DNA from: Candidatus Bipolaricaulota bacterium
Lineage (GTDB): Bacteria; Bipolaricaulota; Bipolaricaulia; UBA7950; UBA9294
Length of the DNA: 50,059 bases
Assembly (NCBI GenBank): GCA_030615945.1
Contig: JAUWYG010000001.1
Span: 1 to 50,059 of the forward strand
Direction: 5' to 3'
Under the pieces are notes generated by a model. The model was not told the origin of the DNA and ran no database searches. It saw nothing but the letters and a program-made list of their open reading frames with translations. Shown one piece after another: positions 35,927 to 44,964 of the stretch. The first letter of the stretch is position 1. Each line of letters begins with the position of its first letter. The position numbers were made by a program, and so were the translations under genes.

Positions 35927-36265
35927 CTACCCGATTGGCGTGCCCGGTGGGACCTCCCGGTCGGGGACCAGGAGGGTAATCTTTTCACCCTTGGCTGCAA
36001 GGAGCATGCACTCTGAAGTGATTCCCTTGATCTTCGCCGGCTCGAGGTTAGCCAACACGACAACTTGGCGACCGACGAGCTCCTCAGGAAGATAGGCCCG
36101 CTTTATCCCAGCAACGGTCGTTAGGACTTCATCACCCACCTCGATTGTCAACCGATAGAGTCTGTCCGCACCTGGGATTGCTGATGTCGATCGGATCGTC
36201 CCTATGCGAAGGTCAAGTTTGCTAAACTCCTCAACAGTAATCGTCTCTCGCTTGATGTCCTCCAC
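35927..36265 (-). CDS. tRNA-binding domain protein (Trbp111/CsaA-like; MetRS C-terminal-domain equivalent)
   Basis: ITVEEFSKLDLRIGTIRS...DRLYRLTIEVGDE...VVVLANLEPAKIKGITSECMLLAA. GTG 36265 follows the metG TAG directly and in the same frame. Confidence 0.8.
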   Translation of the reverse strand: MEDIKRETITVEEFSKLDLRIGTIRSTSAIPGADRLYRLTIEVGDEVLTTVAGIKRAYLPEELVGRQVVVLANLEPAKIKGITSECMLLAAKGEKITLLVPDREVPPGTPIG

Positions 36266-37870
36266 CTACTTTTCGATCTTTTCCACGTCGATCCGCTCGA
36301 TGAGCACGCGTTCGTTGGTGAGTCGTCGACCAGCATCAGGTTTCTCAAGCTCCTCCCAACTGGCGCCATCGATTCCCATTACCGCCAGGACGGATGAGGC
36401 AAACTCAGGAATAAACGGAAAAAGGAGGATCACAATCCCCTTAACCAAATGAAAGGCACCTGCCACCGCCCCCTTGTCCTTAGTCTCCCACGGCTCCTTG
36501 CGCTGAAAGTACTCGTTTCCAGCTACCGCAAGCAAGCAGACGGCGCGCAGTGCCTGGCTAAGGAATCCTGCCTCCATGGCCCTCTCGTAATCAGATATCG
36601 TGTTTTCCAGCCGCTCTTTTACCTCCGAGTCGGCCTCATCTATGGGAACAACACCGGCGTAGCGAGTCTGGATGAAGGAGAGAACGCGGTTGATCAAATT
36701 AGCAATATTAGAGATAAGGACTCCATTAACTGCCTTCTCCAGTTCCTCCCATGAGAAGTTGACGTCGCGCCCCTCCGGTCGGTTATAGAGGAGGTAGAAG
36801 CGCCACAGCTCCGCATCTATTACCTTGAGGGCGTCATCACAGTAGAGGCCTACCCCGCGGCTTTTGGAGAAGCTTTGCCCACCAATCCAGTTCAAGTACT
36901 CAGTTGCAGCAATCTGGTCGGGGAGGTGATATCCCCGACCGGAGGCGATCAACTGTCCAGGGAAGATCAGGGTATGGAAAGGAATGTTGTCCTTACCGAT
37001 AGTGTAGATCTGATGAACGTCCTCTCCGAACCAGAAGTCCTTCCAGGCCGGCTCGCCGTCGAAGTGTTCCACCGTCGCCGAGACATAGCCAAGCGCCGCC
37101 TCTCCCCAGACGTAGATTACCTTCCCTTCGGCCCCTTCGAACGGGGCTGGGATTCCCCAAGCGATGTCTCGGGTCATCGCACGCGGCTTCAAGCCCTCTT
37201 CGATCATTCGCTGCGTAAGGCGGTGGACGTTTCCCTGGAAGTGGCGTGAGTCCACGTAGTCGGAAAGCCTAGGAGAGAGCTTGGCCAGATCGAGGTACCA
37301 GTGACGCGTTCTGCGAAACTCAATGTCCTCCTTCCCACAGAGGCTGCAAACAGGGTCGATCAACTCTTCTGGCTCGATGATCGCCCCGCAGGCGTCACAC
37401 TGGTTTCCCATCGCCCCGGAGGCACCACAACGCGGGCAGGTACCGGTGATAAATCGATCGGCGAGGAACAGACGGCAGTTACGACAGTAGGCACGTTCCT
37501 CCTCGCGTGTTAGGATGTACCCTTGTTGTTCCATCTTCAGGTAAATCTCTCGTATAAACCGTTTGTGCACAGGCGCCTCAGTCGTCGTGTAGTTGTCAAA
37601 CACAATTCCGAACCCCTCGATTATCGAGCAAATCCGCTCGTGGTTTAAAGAGGCGAGCTCCGCTGGAGGTATCCCGAGATGTCTTGCCTCGTACTCGATC
37701 CGCGTACCGTGTGCGTCGGTTCCGGAGACATAAAGCACATCATGCCCGCGCATCCGATAGTAGCGTGCAAACACATCGCCGGAAAGCAGTGATGAAACGA
37801 GGTTCCCCAAGTGCGGCACCCCAGAAGCATACGGCCAAGCACTGCAAACGAGTACTTTACGCTTTTCCAA
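36266..37870 (-). CDS. metG: methionine--tRNA ligase (core, without appended tRNA-binding domain)
   Basis: HIGH-type PHLGNLVS, zinc knuckles CRNC...CPRCG...CDACG, KMSKS-type SFSKSRG, anticodon-binding helices. Confidence 0.95.
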   Translation of the reverse strand: MEKRKVLVCSAWPYASGVPHLGNLVSSLLSGDVFARYYRMRGHDVLYVSGTDAHGTRIEYEARHLGIPPAELASLNHERICSIIEGFGIVFDNYTTTEAPVHKRFIREIYLKMEQQGYILTREEERAYCRNCRLFLADRFITGTCPRCGASGAMGNQCDACGAIIEPEELIDPVCSLCGKEDIEFRRTRHWYLDLAKLSPRLSDYVDSRHFQGNVHRLTQRMIEEGLKPRAMTRDIAWGIPAPFEGAEGKVIYVWGEAALGYVSATVEHFDGEPAWKDFWFGEDVHQIYTIGKDNIPFHTLIFPGQLIASGRGYHLPDQIAATEYLNWIGGQSFSKSRGVGLYCDDALKVIDAELWRFYLLYNRPEGRDVNFSWEELEKAVNGVLISNIANLINRVLSFIQTRYAGVVPIDEADSEVKERLENTISDYERAMEAGFLSQALRAVCLLAVAGNEYFQRKEPWETKDKGAVAGAFHLVKGIVILLFPFIPEFASSVLAVMGIDGASWEELEKPDAGRRLTNERVLIERIDVEKIEK

Positions 37871-38809
37871 GTGCTTTCTCTCCCCACGATCGGTGATAAG
37901 GTAAAATTATATCTCGCTTCGAGGAGGTCGCCAATCAACAATAGACGACTCGGGTATCTGCTTGTCATCACCGCCACTGCCTGCTGGGCTAGCCTTGGTC
38001 CCTTAGGAAAACTCTCTTTCAATCTAGGAGTCGGACCGCAGACAGTGGTTACGCTACGGACGATCACCGCAATTGTAATCGTCTTTCCAGTCCTTCTCGT
38101 CCACCAGCGACAGCTTCTGCGTCTGCCAAGAGGTTCGCTCCCCTTGTTCATCGCTCTCGGCCTTTCGGTAGCAATCAACTACAGCAGCTTTTTTCAGGCG
38201 GTCGCCCGACTGCAGGTAGGAGTTGCTACCTCGTTGTTTTACCTCTATCCCGTGCTTGTCACTGTGGGGGCCCGATTCACGCTCAAGGAGCGTTTCCCAC
38301 TCGAAAAAGCAACCGCTCTTCTAACCACCGTCTTCGGGTGCAGCCTTGTTTCCGGAGTCTGGGAGAACTCCGTTTCAATCTCCGCGGTGGGAATCTTTTT
38401 CGCCCTCGCCTCCGCCTCCGGCTGTGCCGCCTATACACTGCTGGTCAAAGTGGCAGTTCGCGAGCATCCGCCGGAACGTGTTCTCGCCTATTCCCTCGCC
38501 TTTGCTCTCCCCTTTCTGCTCCTGGCAAATCTCCTCACTCGCGAGCCGGTTCTTGCACCTTGTCCACTCCCCGCTTGGGGGATCATTCTCTTGCTCGCGC
38601 TTGTTCCCACCCTCCTTGGATACTATCTCTTCGCCCTCGCCTTGAGACGGATCGAGTCGAGCCGGGCAAGCATTACCGCCACTGTGGAACCAGTTCTCGC
38701 CAGCCTCCTCGCGTACGCGACACTGGGAGAGCAGCTGAGTGCCCTCCAAATCCTGGGGATGAGCCTCATCCTTGTTGGAGCAGTCCTTATCCAGCAGGAG
38801 AGAGGTTGA
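37871..38809 (+). CDS. DMT superfamily (EamA-like) transporter
   Basis: Ten-TM-like hydrophobic pattern with two EamA-type halves. The start is uncertain. GTG 37871 abuts the divergent metG start, and the track start at 37811 would overlap metG. Confidence 0.7.
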   Translation: MLSLPTIGDKVKLYLASRRSPINNRRLGYLLVITATACWASLGPLGKLSFNLGVGPQTVVTLRTITAIVIVFPVLLVHQRQLLRLPRGSLPLFIALGLSVAINYSSFFQAVARLQVGVATSLFYLYPVLVTVGARFTLKERFPLEKATALLTTVFGCSLVSGVWENSVSISAVGIFFALASASGCAAYTLLVKVAVREHPPERVLAYSLAFALPFLLLANLLTREPVLAPCPLPAWGIILLLALVPTLLGYYLFALALRRIESSRASITATVEPVLASLLAYATLGEQLSALQILGMSLILVGAVLIQQERG

Positions 38810-38879
38810 CTCGGCATGACGTCATCGACTAATCTGGACGGAGAGAAAGCGGATTTGAGCTCTCAATGGAGAGAAGCCC

Positions 38880-39185
38880 ATGTCAACAGGTACCTCGCAC
38901 GATAAGAGGATGACTATTACAGTGAAGGTCTTCGGTGGCCTGCGTGAGCTTGCCGCCTCCTCCGCCATAACCATTTCGCTTCCTCTTGGGACAACGGTCG
39001 CCGCCCTTCTCGTGGCGCTTCACCGCCGCGTTCCAGCACTTCACGAGAAGCTAGAGACAGGCCTCGCCGACGGCTACATCAACATCCTTCTTAACGGCCG
39101 CAACGTCCGCTTCCTTGATGGCTTGAAGACGCGTCTCCCTGCGGGAGCCACTATCGCCTTCCTCCCGCCGATCGGCGGCGGATAA
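38880..39185 (+). CDS. MoaD/ThiS family ubiquitin-like sulfur-carrier protein (C-terminal GG)
   Basis: ITVKVFGGLRELA...ILLNGRNV...LPAGATIAFLPPIGGG then stop. GGAGAG lies 6 nt before ATG 38880; ATG 38910 is an alternative start. Confidence 0.75.
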   Translation: MSTGTSHDKRMTITVKVFGGLRELAASSAITISLPLGTTVAALLVALHRRVPALHEKLETGLADGYINILLNGRNVRFLDGLKTRLPAGATIAFLPPIGGG

Positions 39186-39302
39186 AAAGAGCTATAAAGG
39201 ACTGTCTTTAGAAGAAGGACCAAGCCAGAGGCTAACGGGGATTGGATCCTCCTCTAACTGATGGGAATCACTACGCGGTGGTCTGGTGAGCACCTTACAG
39301 GT

Positions 39303-40064
39303 TCAGTTAAGAAACTCGTAACGCCCTTGGCAGCAGCAGAGGCAGTCCTCGTTTCGCAGGATTTCTTGTGCACTGAAACTCGCTTGCCAGATATCGTAGG
39401 TGACGAGTTTCACAGGGTAATCGGGCGATCCAAGGAGGATTCTCATTGCCTGGGTAGTCTGTATCGCCGTGATCGCCCTGGCGATCGTGTTGATCAGCCC
39501 GGCGTTCCTCGCGGTAAGAACCACCTCTTCTGGGGCGGGATTCGGTAAAAGGCAACGCAGGCACGGTCCCTGCCCAGGGAGGATCGGCATCGTTATCCCA
39601 TAGGTCCCGGCAACCGTCGCGAACACCCACGGGATCGTGTGCTTGACGCAGGCATCATTTAACAGGTAGCGAGAGGGAAGGTTATCAAAACCATCCAACA
39701 CAAGATCGACGTTCCTGACCAACCGCTCAACGTTCTCTTTGTCCACGCGCGTGATCTCGTAGCCAATCTCAATCTGAGAGTTGATCTTTCCGAGGAGCTC
39801 CGCCATTACCTTTGCCTTGGGCCGCCCCACGTCGTCCTCCGTCATCAATACCTGCCGTTGCAGATTGCTCAACTCAACTCGGTCATGATCGACAAGGGTT
39901 ATCCGTCCAATACCGGCGCGGGCGATCGTTTCGGCGTTGTTTGACCCCAGGGCGCCACAACCGGCGACGAGGACGCTCGCCCCGGCCAATCGTCGCTGTC
40001 CTTTCTCCCCGATCTCAGAGAGAATACGTTGGCAAAAATAGCGATCATCCTTGGCTGTATTCAT
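39303..40064 (-). CDS. ThiF/MoeB/HesA family E1-like adenylyltransferase
   Basis: RYFCQRIL..IGEKGQRRL, nucleotide loop VLVAGCGALGS, DHDRVELSNLQRQ, paired CxxC motifs (CLRC and CLCC). No rhodanese domain. Confidence 0.85.
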   Translation of the reverse strand: MNTAKDDRYFCQRILSEIGEKGQRRLAGASVLVAGCGALGSNNAETIARAGIGRITLVDHDRVELSNLQRQVLMTEDDVGRPKAKVMAELLGKINSQIEIGYEITRVDKENVERLVRNVDLVLDGFDNLPSRYLLNDACVKHTIPWVFATVAGTYGITMPILPGQGPCLRCLLPNPAPEEVVLTARNAGLINTIARAITAIQTTQAMRILLGSPDYPVKLVTYDIWQASFSAQEILRNEDCLCCCQGRYEFLN

Positions 40065-40146
40065 TCGCGCTTTGTCCTTTCCTCTCCTTGTAAACGATCA
40101 GAAGAGATTTACCTGTCGGGCAGGTGGATCTGCCGCGAGTGCTCTA

Positions 40147-43100
40147 TTAGAACATCACGGCAATGAACAGTTCAAGCAGGAGGCTATGGTAGAGTCCGCC
40201 GCTACTCTTTGTCCCGGTGAAGTAAGAGGCCCCAAGAGAGGCTCGCCAAGTCTCGGAGAGAGTGAGATTAACGTCTCCTCTCAGACTGAGGTCGAGATCA
40301 TCAAGCCCCTCTTCGGAAGCCGCATAGTGCCCGTCAAGATCGACCTGAGAGGAGATCGCGTCAGTAATAGCATACGAGAAGGAGTTGCGAAAGATAGCAG
40401 TAATCGTATTCTCGCCGTCTCGCGTGACACTACGCAGCGAGATCGACAGGGTATTGCGGGGACCGTCTTGAGGGATCCAGGAGAGCCGACCGGTGAGGGT
40501 ACGGTTGAGCGTCGGACGCGCCTCGCCTAAGTAGATCACTGCGCTTGAGTTCTGCGTGTAGATAAGGGTCGGCTTCAGGTCTGGGAAGCCGTTGTAGCCA
40601 AAGTTCAGTGAGAACCGATCGCGTCGCTGCTGTCGCGGCTCTCCCAAGCCAGAGACCTCTTCGCTAAATGTCACACGCGTAGAGAACATATCGAATGTGC
40701 CGTATAGTGTTCCCCGTCCACTTAAAGAGATGATCCCTTCCTTGTCCTCAAGGCTCAGGTCGAGACCCGGTGTCAGCTGACACTCGCTGATGTTGAAGCG
40801 TTCAATGCGCAGGTCGAGTTTCACTGTCTGAGTAGTGCGGAAGGTCCCTAAAGGAAGGGAACGACCAGCGGAGAGGGTGTAGTCTGCACTGGCGTTCACA
40901 ACGTCGAAGCGATGCGACCAATCGGCCGATAGTCCCCATTTCTCACTACCGGTCGGCTCACCGGTGGCAAAGGCCATTGGGCGCCCCCAATCAGCTGATA
41001 TAGAGAGATCTGGTAACAGTTGACAAGCCCCCTTTACCCCCAACCGATTATCGCGGCGGAGGGTCCCGAGGAGAAAATCCCCACTTAGCGCCTCATTCCA
41101 GTGCAGGGAAAGATCAAGTCTCTCATCGAATAGCTTATCCCGCAGGTTGACTTCATAGGATATCTTCCCCTCGTCGAACCCTTTGTGAATCCGGTCATCG
41201 TTTACCACCCCGTGCTTCAAAGAGAAGCCGAGATGGGGTCCGAAATCCCAGGCAAAAGAAACGTTGTTTTCCATCGTGCTTCTCCCTCGGTCGCTCCCCT
41301 GATCAATCAAGTGATAGCTGTGGGAAGCGGTCAGCTTGATATCATCGGTCGGGTGAGCTGTCCCGGAGAGGCCCCAACCTGTCGAGTCACTTCGGCCGAG
41401 CCGACCGATCGAGGTGAAAGCCGGAGAGATACTCTCGAAGCTCCCTGAGAGGGTGAATCGCCCCATGTCACGCTGGAAGCTGACCCGCCCGAGCAACCCG
41501 CGGTCGGTGTGATCTTCGGCGGAAATGTCCGTGAATCGGAAGCGGTCGCGTCCGTCGATTTCGGTCAGTGCGTTAGCAAAGGGTGTAATAACTTCGTCTA
41601 TCTCCCAGACCATCAACCGGTAATCGAGATCGGCCCGACTCCCCGCCCACAGCGTCCCCTCCGGAGTGCTGGCGAGACCGGTTACCCCCCAGTCAGCGAG
41701 GATGGGCTCGTCAGAAGAGATGCGGAAGAGGCCACTTTCGCACCCATACAATAGTTCGCCGTCGATAGATGCAAGCGAGTGAACCGCCTTCCCAAAGACG
41801 AGCCAGCCTGTTCCCGTTCCGTCGTGAAAGGCGCGCAGCCCAAGCTCGGACGCCATGTATAGAGTCCGATCCACAAAGAGGAGATCCCAGACCCGAATTC
41901 CTTCCGTCCCAGGAAGCTCGATAAGCGTTTTATTCAAGTCATCAAGCGCAAACAGTCCCCTCTCACTCCCAATGTATAAGGTCTCCTCATCTACGGTCAG
42001 GGCGAGGATACTCCCCACTTCAATGAACAGCTCATCTGTGTAAGCCCTCCAGCTTGCAGGGGTGTCTATTTCCGCAACCTTCACTGATGCAAGTCCTTCC
42101 GCAGTCCCCACCCACAAGGTTCCATCGATGAGCGTCAGGGCATGAATAGAAGCATGAGGAAGACCGTCCTCCACGTAGTAACGACGCCAGTTCCCTACAT
42201 GGGCCAACGGTGCCTCTCCCTCCAGGGTAAGAACGGTCAACCCAGAACTGGTGGCTATAAAGATGCGCTCTTCGTCGCTTACGATATCGTAGATGCGGTT
42301 TCCCGCAAGACCGTCCGCGGTGTTATACCCACTCCACTTTCCGCCGTGGTACACGCTGATCCCGCCTAAGTGTCCAACGAAAGTGTAATCCGGAAGAGTG
42401 AGAATTGCAGTCACTTCGTTAGGAAGCTCGATCCGAAGGTTGTCATCAAACGGGAACCGGTCATAGTTATAACCGAGCGTGAACTCGGCAGTGAAATCCT
42501 CCAGCTGCACCGAGCCAACAACGCCGGAGACAGTATGGGTGTTGGGCATAGTGCGTGCCTTATCAGGGTCTACAAGCGGGGTCGGACTATCTGCTGCCTG
42601 TAGGAGGCTGAACTCGAGTGTGAGCACATCGAAAAGAGGGAGACCGAAGCTCACCCCATAGAAGTCACGTGGGTATTCAGCGAAGCCCCCCAGGCCACCA
42701 CGAAAGCGCTCATAATCGATGCGAATTGTATCCTCATCTCCCACCTCTACAAACAGGGTCAATGCACCGATCTCGTAGTCGATCGAGTAGTCGACGTCGC
42801 GTTCAAGGAGCGTCCCGTTGAGATAAACTTTTTCACTTCCTGGCACAAGCGACAGCCCAAGCATAAACATATCCCCCGAGATGGCGTAATCGAACGATAC
42901 GCGCACCGCGCTGTCGCTCCCCACAAAAAAGCTCGCGGGAAAATCTAGCTCGATGATCCCTTCATTCGGGTAAAGAACCGTCCGATAATCGGCGAAATCT
43001 GGGTCAGTAATCGGCCGGAAGGTCCCTCCGGCCACACTCACCTCTACCACCAGCGAGTCCTCTTTCAGGTTCGTTCGCCGAAGATCGTAGTAGCGACGGC

Positions 43101-44103
43101 GCCCCCCCTCAGTGAGAGGGTAGTCCTGCCCATCGACAACCAGAGAAACAAAGACCGCAAGCTGCTCAAGAAAGGCCAGTTCGTAGTCGGTCCCGATGTT
43201 GAAAGGGTAGCGCTTCTTCTGCTCCTCGGTGAGTTCATCCTCGTTATTGTAAGCCTTGATATAGTCCTTTAACCGCTCGCGGAGGAAGGTTGCTGGTTCG
43301 CTTCTTAAGAGAAGGACATCCTTTGTGTCGCTGACGACGATGAAACTCCCCACTGACAACTCTTCGGAGGGAGAAGCAGCGACTAGATCGAACAGGTAGG
43401 CAAGGTTGTAGGTGGTGAGCAGTCCCCGCAACGGTTCTGAGGGATCGAAGGCAAGACTGACCAGAGAGAAGTCCTCCACAAATGGCTCTTCTAGTTCATA
43501 GTGGTAGAGTCCATCGATGTTTCGTAGATATGGCTGGTGGAGCCAGGGTTGCCCGGGTGGCGAAGCGGAGAAGAGAACCTCCTCATGTGCCGTGCGACCA
43601 ACGAAAGTCCTCGACTCCGAGATCCCCTCGATCTGGGAGAGGATCCCGGTCAGTCGCGCCTCCCCCATTTGATAATCAAGGCGAGCCCCTTTGAGTTTCT
43701 TGTTGTAAACGGCAAACACTTCCTTTCCACTGATGGAGAAGTCTCCAAAGACTCCTTTGAGGTCACCAGCATCGAGGTTCACCCTCAGCGACTGCATGCT
43801 CATCGGCTCCTGATCGTTGAAGTGAGCGTTGATAGTGAGGATGGAGAGGGCTTCGCCAGTGATGTCGACCGCGAGCGACTGATCGAGGATGAGTTGATAC
43901 GCTGCAACACCAGCTTGAGCCAACCCTTGTGGGTCGCCGAGGCCGTAGCGCAAGCTCCAGGTCTTCTGGCCGTTAATATCGGCACGAAAGGCCTCGTCCT
44001 CCTCTGAAAGGACAGGAAGGTCAACCAGGAGAAGGCACAACGCTATGATTGTCAACATCACTACTTTCGTTGTGTTTCCCTTCACTTTCGCTTGCGCACG
44101 CAC
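40147..44103 (-). CDS. 1318-aa outer-membrane protein: SprA-like N-terminal region, Reg_prop-type beta-propeller, C-terminal beta-barrel
   Basis: GTG 44103 lies 5 nt after AGGAGG. Signal peptide VVMLTIIALCLLLV. Middle repeats (about 41600..42370) read like two-component-regulator propeller blades: YNTADGLAGNRIYDIV, YYVEDGLPHASIHALT..GTLWVGTAEGL, LYIGSERGLFAL. The C-terminal ~450 aa have alternating amphipathic strands ending ...LLLELFIAVMF (terminal Phe beta-signal). Confidence 0.7.
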   Translation of the reverse strand: MRAQAKVKGNTTKVVMLTIIALCLLLVDLPVLSEEDEAFRADINGQKTWSLRYGLGDPQGLAQAGVAAYQLILDQSLAVDITGEALSILTINAHFNDQEPMSMQSLRVNLDAGDLKGVFGDFSISGKEVFAVYNKKLKGARLDYQMGEARLTGILSQIEGISESRTFVGRTAHEEVLFSASPPGQPWLHQPYLRNIDGLYHYELEEPFVEDFSLVSLAFDPSEPLRGLLTTYNLAYLFDLVAASPSEELSVGSFIVVSDTKDVLLLRSEPATFLRERLKDYIKAYNNEDELTEEQKKRYPFNIGTDYELAFLEQLAVFVSLVVDGQDYPLTEGGRRRYYDLRRTNLKEDSLVVEVSVAGGTFRPITDPDFADYRTVLYPNEGIIELDFPASFFVGSDSAVRVSFDYAISGDMFMLGLSLVPGSEKVYLNGTLLERDVDYSIDYEIGALTLFVEVGDEDTIRIDYERFRGGLGGFAEYPRDFYGVSFGLPLFDVLTLEFSLLQAADSPTPLVDPDKARTMPNTHTVSGVVGSVQLEDFTAEFTLGYNYDRFPFDDNLRIELPNEVTAILTLPDYTFVGHLGGISVYHGGKWSGYNTADGLAGNRIYDIVSDEERIFIATSSGLTVLTLEGEAPLAHVGNWRRYYVEDGLPHASIHALTLIDGTLWVGTAEGLASVKVAEIDTPASWRAYTDELFIEVGSILALTVDEETLYIGSERGLFALDDLNKTLIELPGTEGIRVWDLLFVDRTLYMASELGLRAFHDGTGTGWLVFGKAVHSLASIDGELLYGCESGLFRISSDEPILADWGVTGLASTPEGTLWAGSRADLDYRLMVWEIDEVITPFANALTEIDGRDRFRFTDISAEDHTDRGLLGRVSFQRDMGRFTLSGSFESISPAFTSIGRLGRSDSTGWGLSGTAHPTDDIKLTASHSYHLIDQGSDRGRSTMENNVSFAWDFGPHLGFSLKHGVVNDDRIHKGFDEGKISYEVNLRDKLFDERLDLSLHWNEALSGDFLLGTLRRDNRLGVKGACQLLPDLSISADWGRPMAFATGEPTGSEKWGLSADWSHRFDVVNASADYTLSAGRSLPLGTFRTTQTVKLDLRIERFNISECQLTPGLDLSLEDKEGIISLSGRGTLYGTFDMFSTRVTFSEEVSGLGEPRQQRRDRFSLNFGYNGFPDLKPTLIYTQNSSAVIYLGEARPTLNRTLTGRLSWIPQDGPRNTLSISLRSVTRDGENTITAIFRNSFSYAITDAISSQVDLDGHYAASEEGLDDLDLSLRGDVNLTLSETWRASLGASYFTGTKSSGGLYHSLLLELFIAVMF

Positions 44104-44118
44104 TTTCGCCTCCTTTTC

Positions 44119-44964
44119 TTAAAACCGGAAGGTGAGCGAGATGCAGTAGCCCTCCAAAAGATCGAGGCGGGTGGCGTAGGCCCAATCAACCTGGAAGTTG
44201 GCAAACTGCACTGTCAACCCGAAGGTGGTACCAAAACCGTCATAGCCAACGCGCGCGGCAAGCCCGCCAACCCACGCCTCAAGCCCGCCTGCTACGCTCG
44301 GGTTGGTCGAGAAGAGGCCAGAGGCCTCAAAGACCGCATTCCAACGAACTTCCTCAGATGGTCTCAGGGTTATTGCCGCACCAACCCGCATCCCCGTCTC
44401 CCACTCCTCCGTGTGCCCGCCCTCGAAGGTAATCGCTTGCGAGTAGAGGTTCTCGACCAAGAACCCTACCCGTACGATATCAGTGACTATGAGTATTGCC
44501 GGATCGAGTGCCCACCCTTCGGCGGTGTATGGTTCTCGCACCCGATAGAGCTTCCACCTCACGCCAACGCCCAAGGGACCGATGGAGAAGCCAGAGGCGA
44601 TCACCCCACCCTGGCTCACGTAGCGCAACCCGTCATCCGCGTTTGTGATCCACCCCGAGTCAATCTGGAGTACGGTAACACCGAAATACGGGAGTGTAAG
44701 ACCGAGCGTTCCATAGGTCACCGCCTCGAACTGTCGTGCAAAGAGCGAGGTTACGCCAATCCGCTCGATCCATCCCAAGCCAGCTGGGTTATAGAAGGCC
44801 GCATTCTCGTCATCCGCCAGGGCAAGAAACCCTCCACCCATCCCCAAAGGACGCCCTCCTGTCCCCAACTGGAAGAGCGCTGCCACGTTTGAAAACTCCG
44901 CCCCGCAGTCAGCCACAACAATGAAGACAACCCCTAGCAATGCAAGTACCCATGCCCGTTTCAC
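44119..44964 (-). CDS. PorV/PorQ-like outer-membrane beta-barrel protein
   Basis: GTG 44964 overlaps the S8 stop (GTGA). Signal AWVLALLGVVFIVVA. Hallmark N-terminal motif GTGGRPLGMGGGFLALADDENAAFYNPAGLG. Ends ...CISLTFRF. The track start at 45072 is an over-extension into the S8 gene. Confidence 0.6.
   Translation of the reverse strand: MKRAWVLALLGVVFIVVADCGAEFSNVAALFQLGTGGRPLGMGGGFLALADDENAAFYNPAGLGWIERIGVTSLFARQFEAVTYGTLGLTLPYFGVTVLQIDSGWITNADDGLRYVSQGGVIASGFSIGPLGVGVRWKLYRVREPYTAEGWALDPAILIVTDIVRVGFLVENLYSQAITFEGGHTEEWETGMRVGAAITLRPSEEVRWNAVFEASGLFSTNPSVAGGLEAWVGGLAARVGYDGFGTTFGLTVQFANFQVDWAYATRLDLLEGYCISLTFRF

Noticed and set aside
5542-36268. The idea that TAG is reassigned or generally suppressed, prompted by in-frame TAGs in the GNAT (5542..5544) and at the metG junction (36266..36268).
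   Set aside because: TAG is the evident genuine stop of many well-delimited genes here: recR, the TPM gene, VanZ, the SDR epimerase, rplT, rpmI, nadD, obg and the Trbp111-like ORF. The GNAT also carries a frameshift, so it is best read as a pseudogene.
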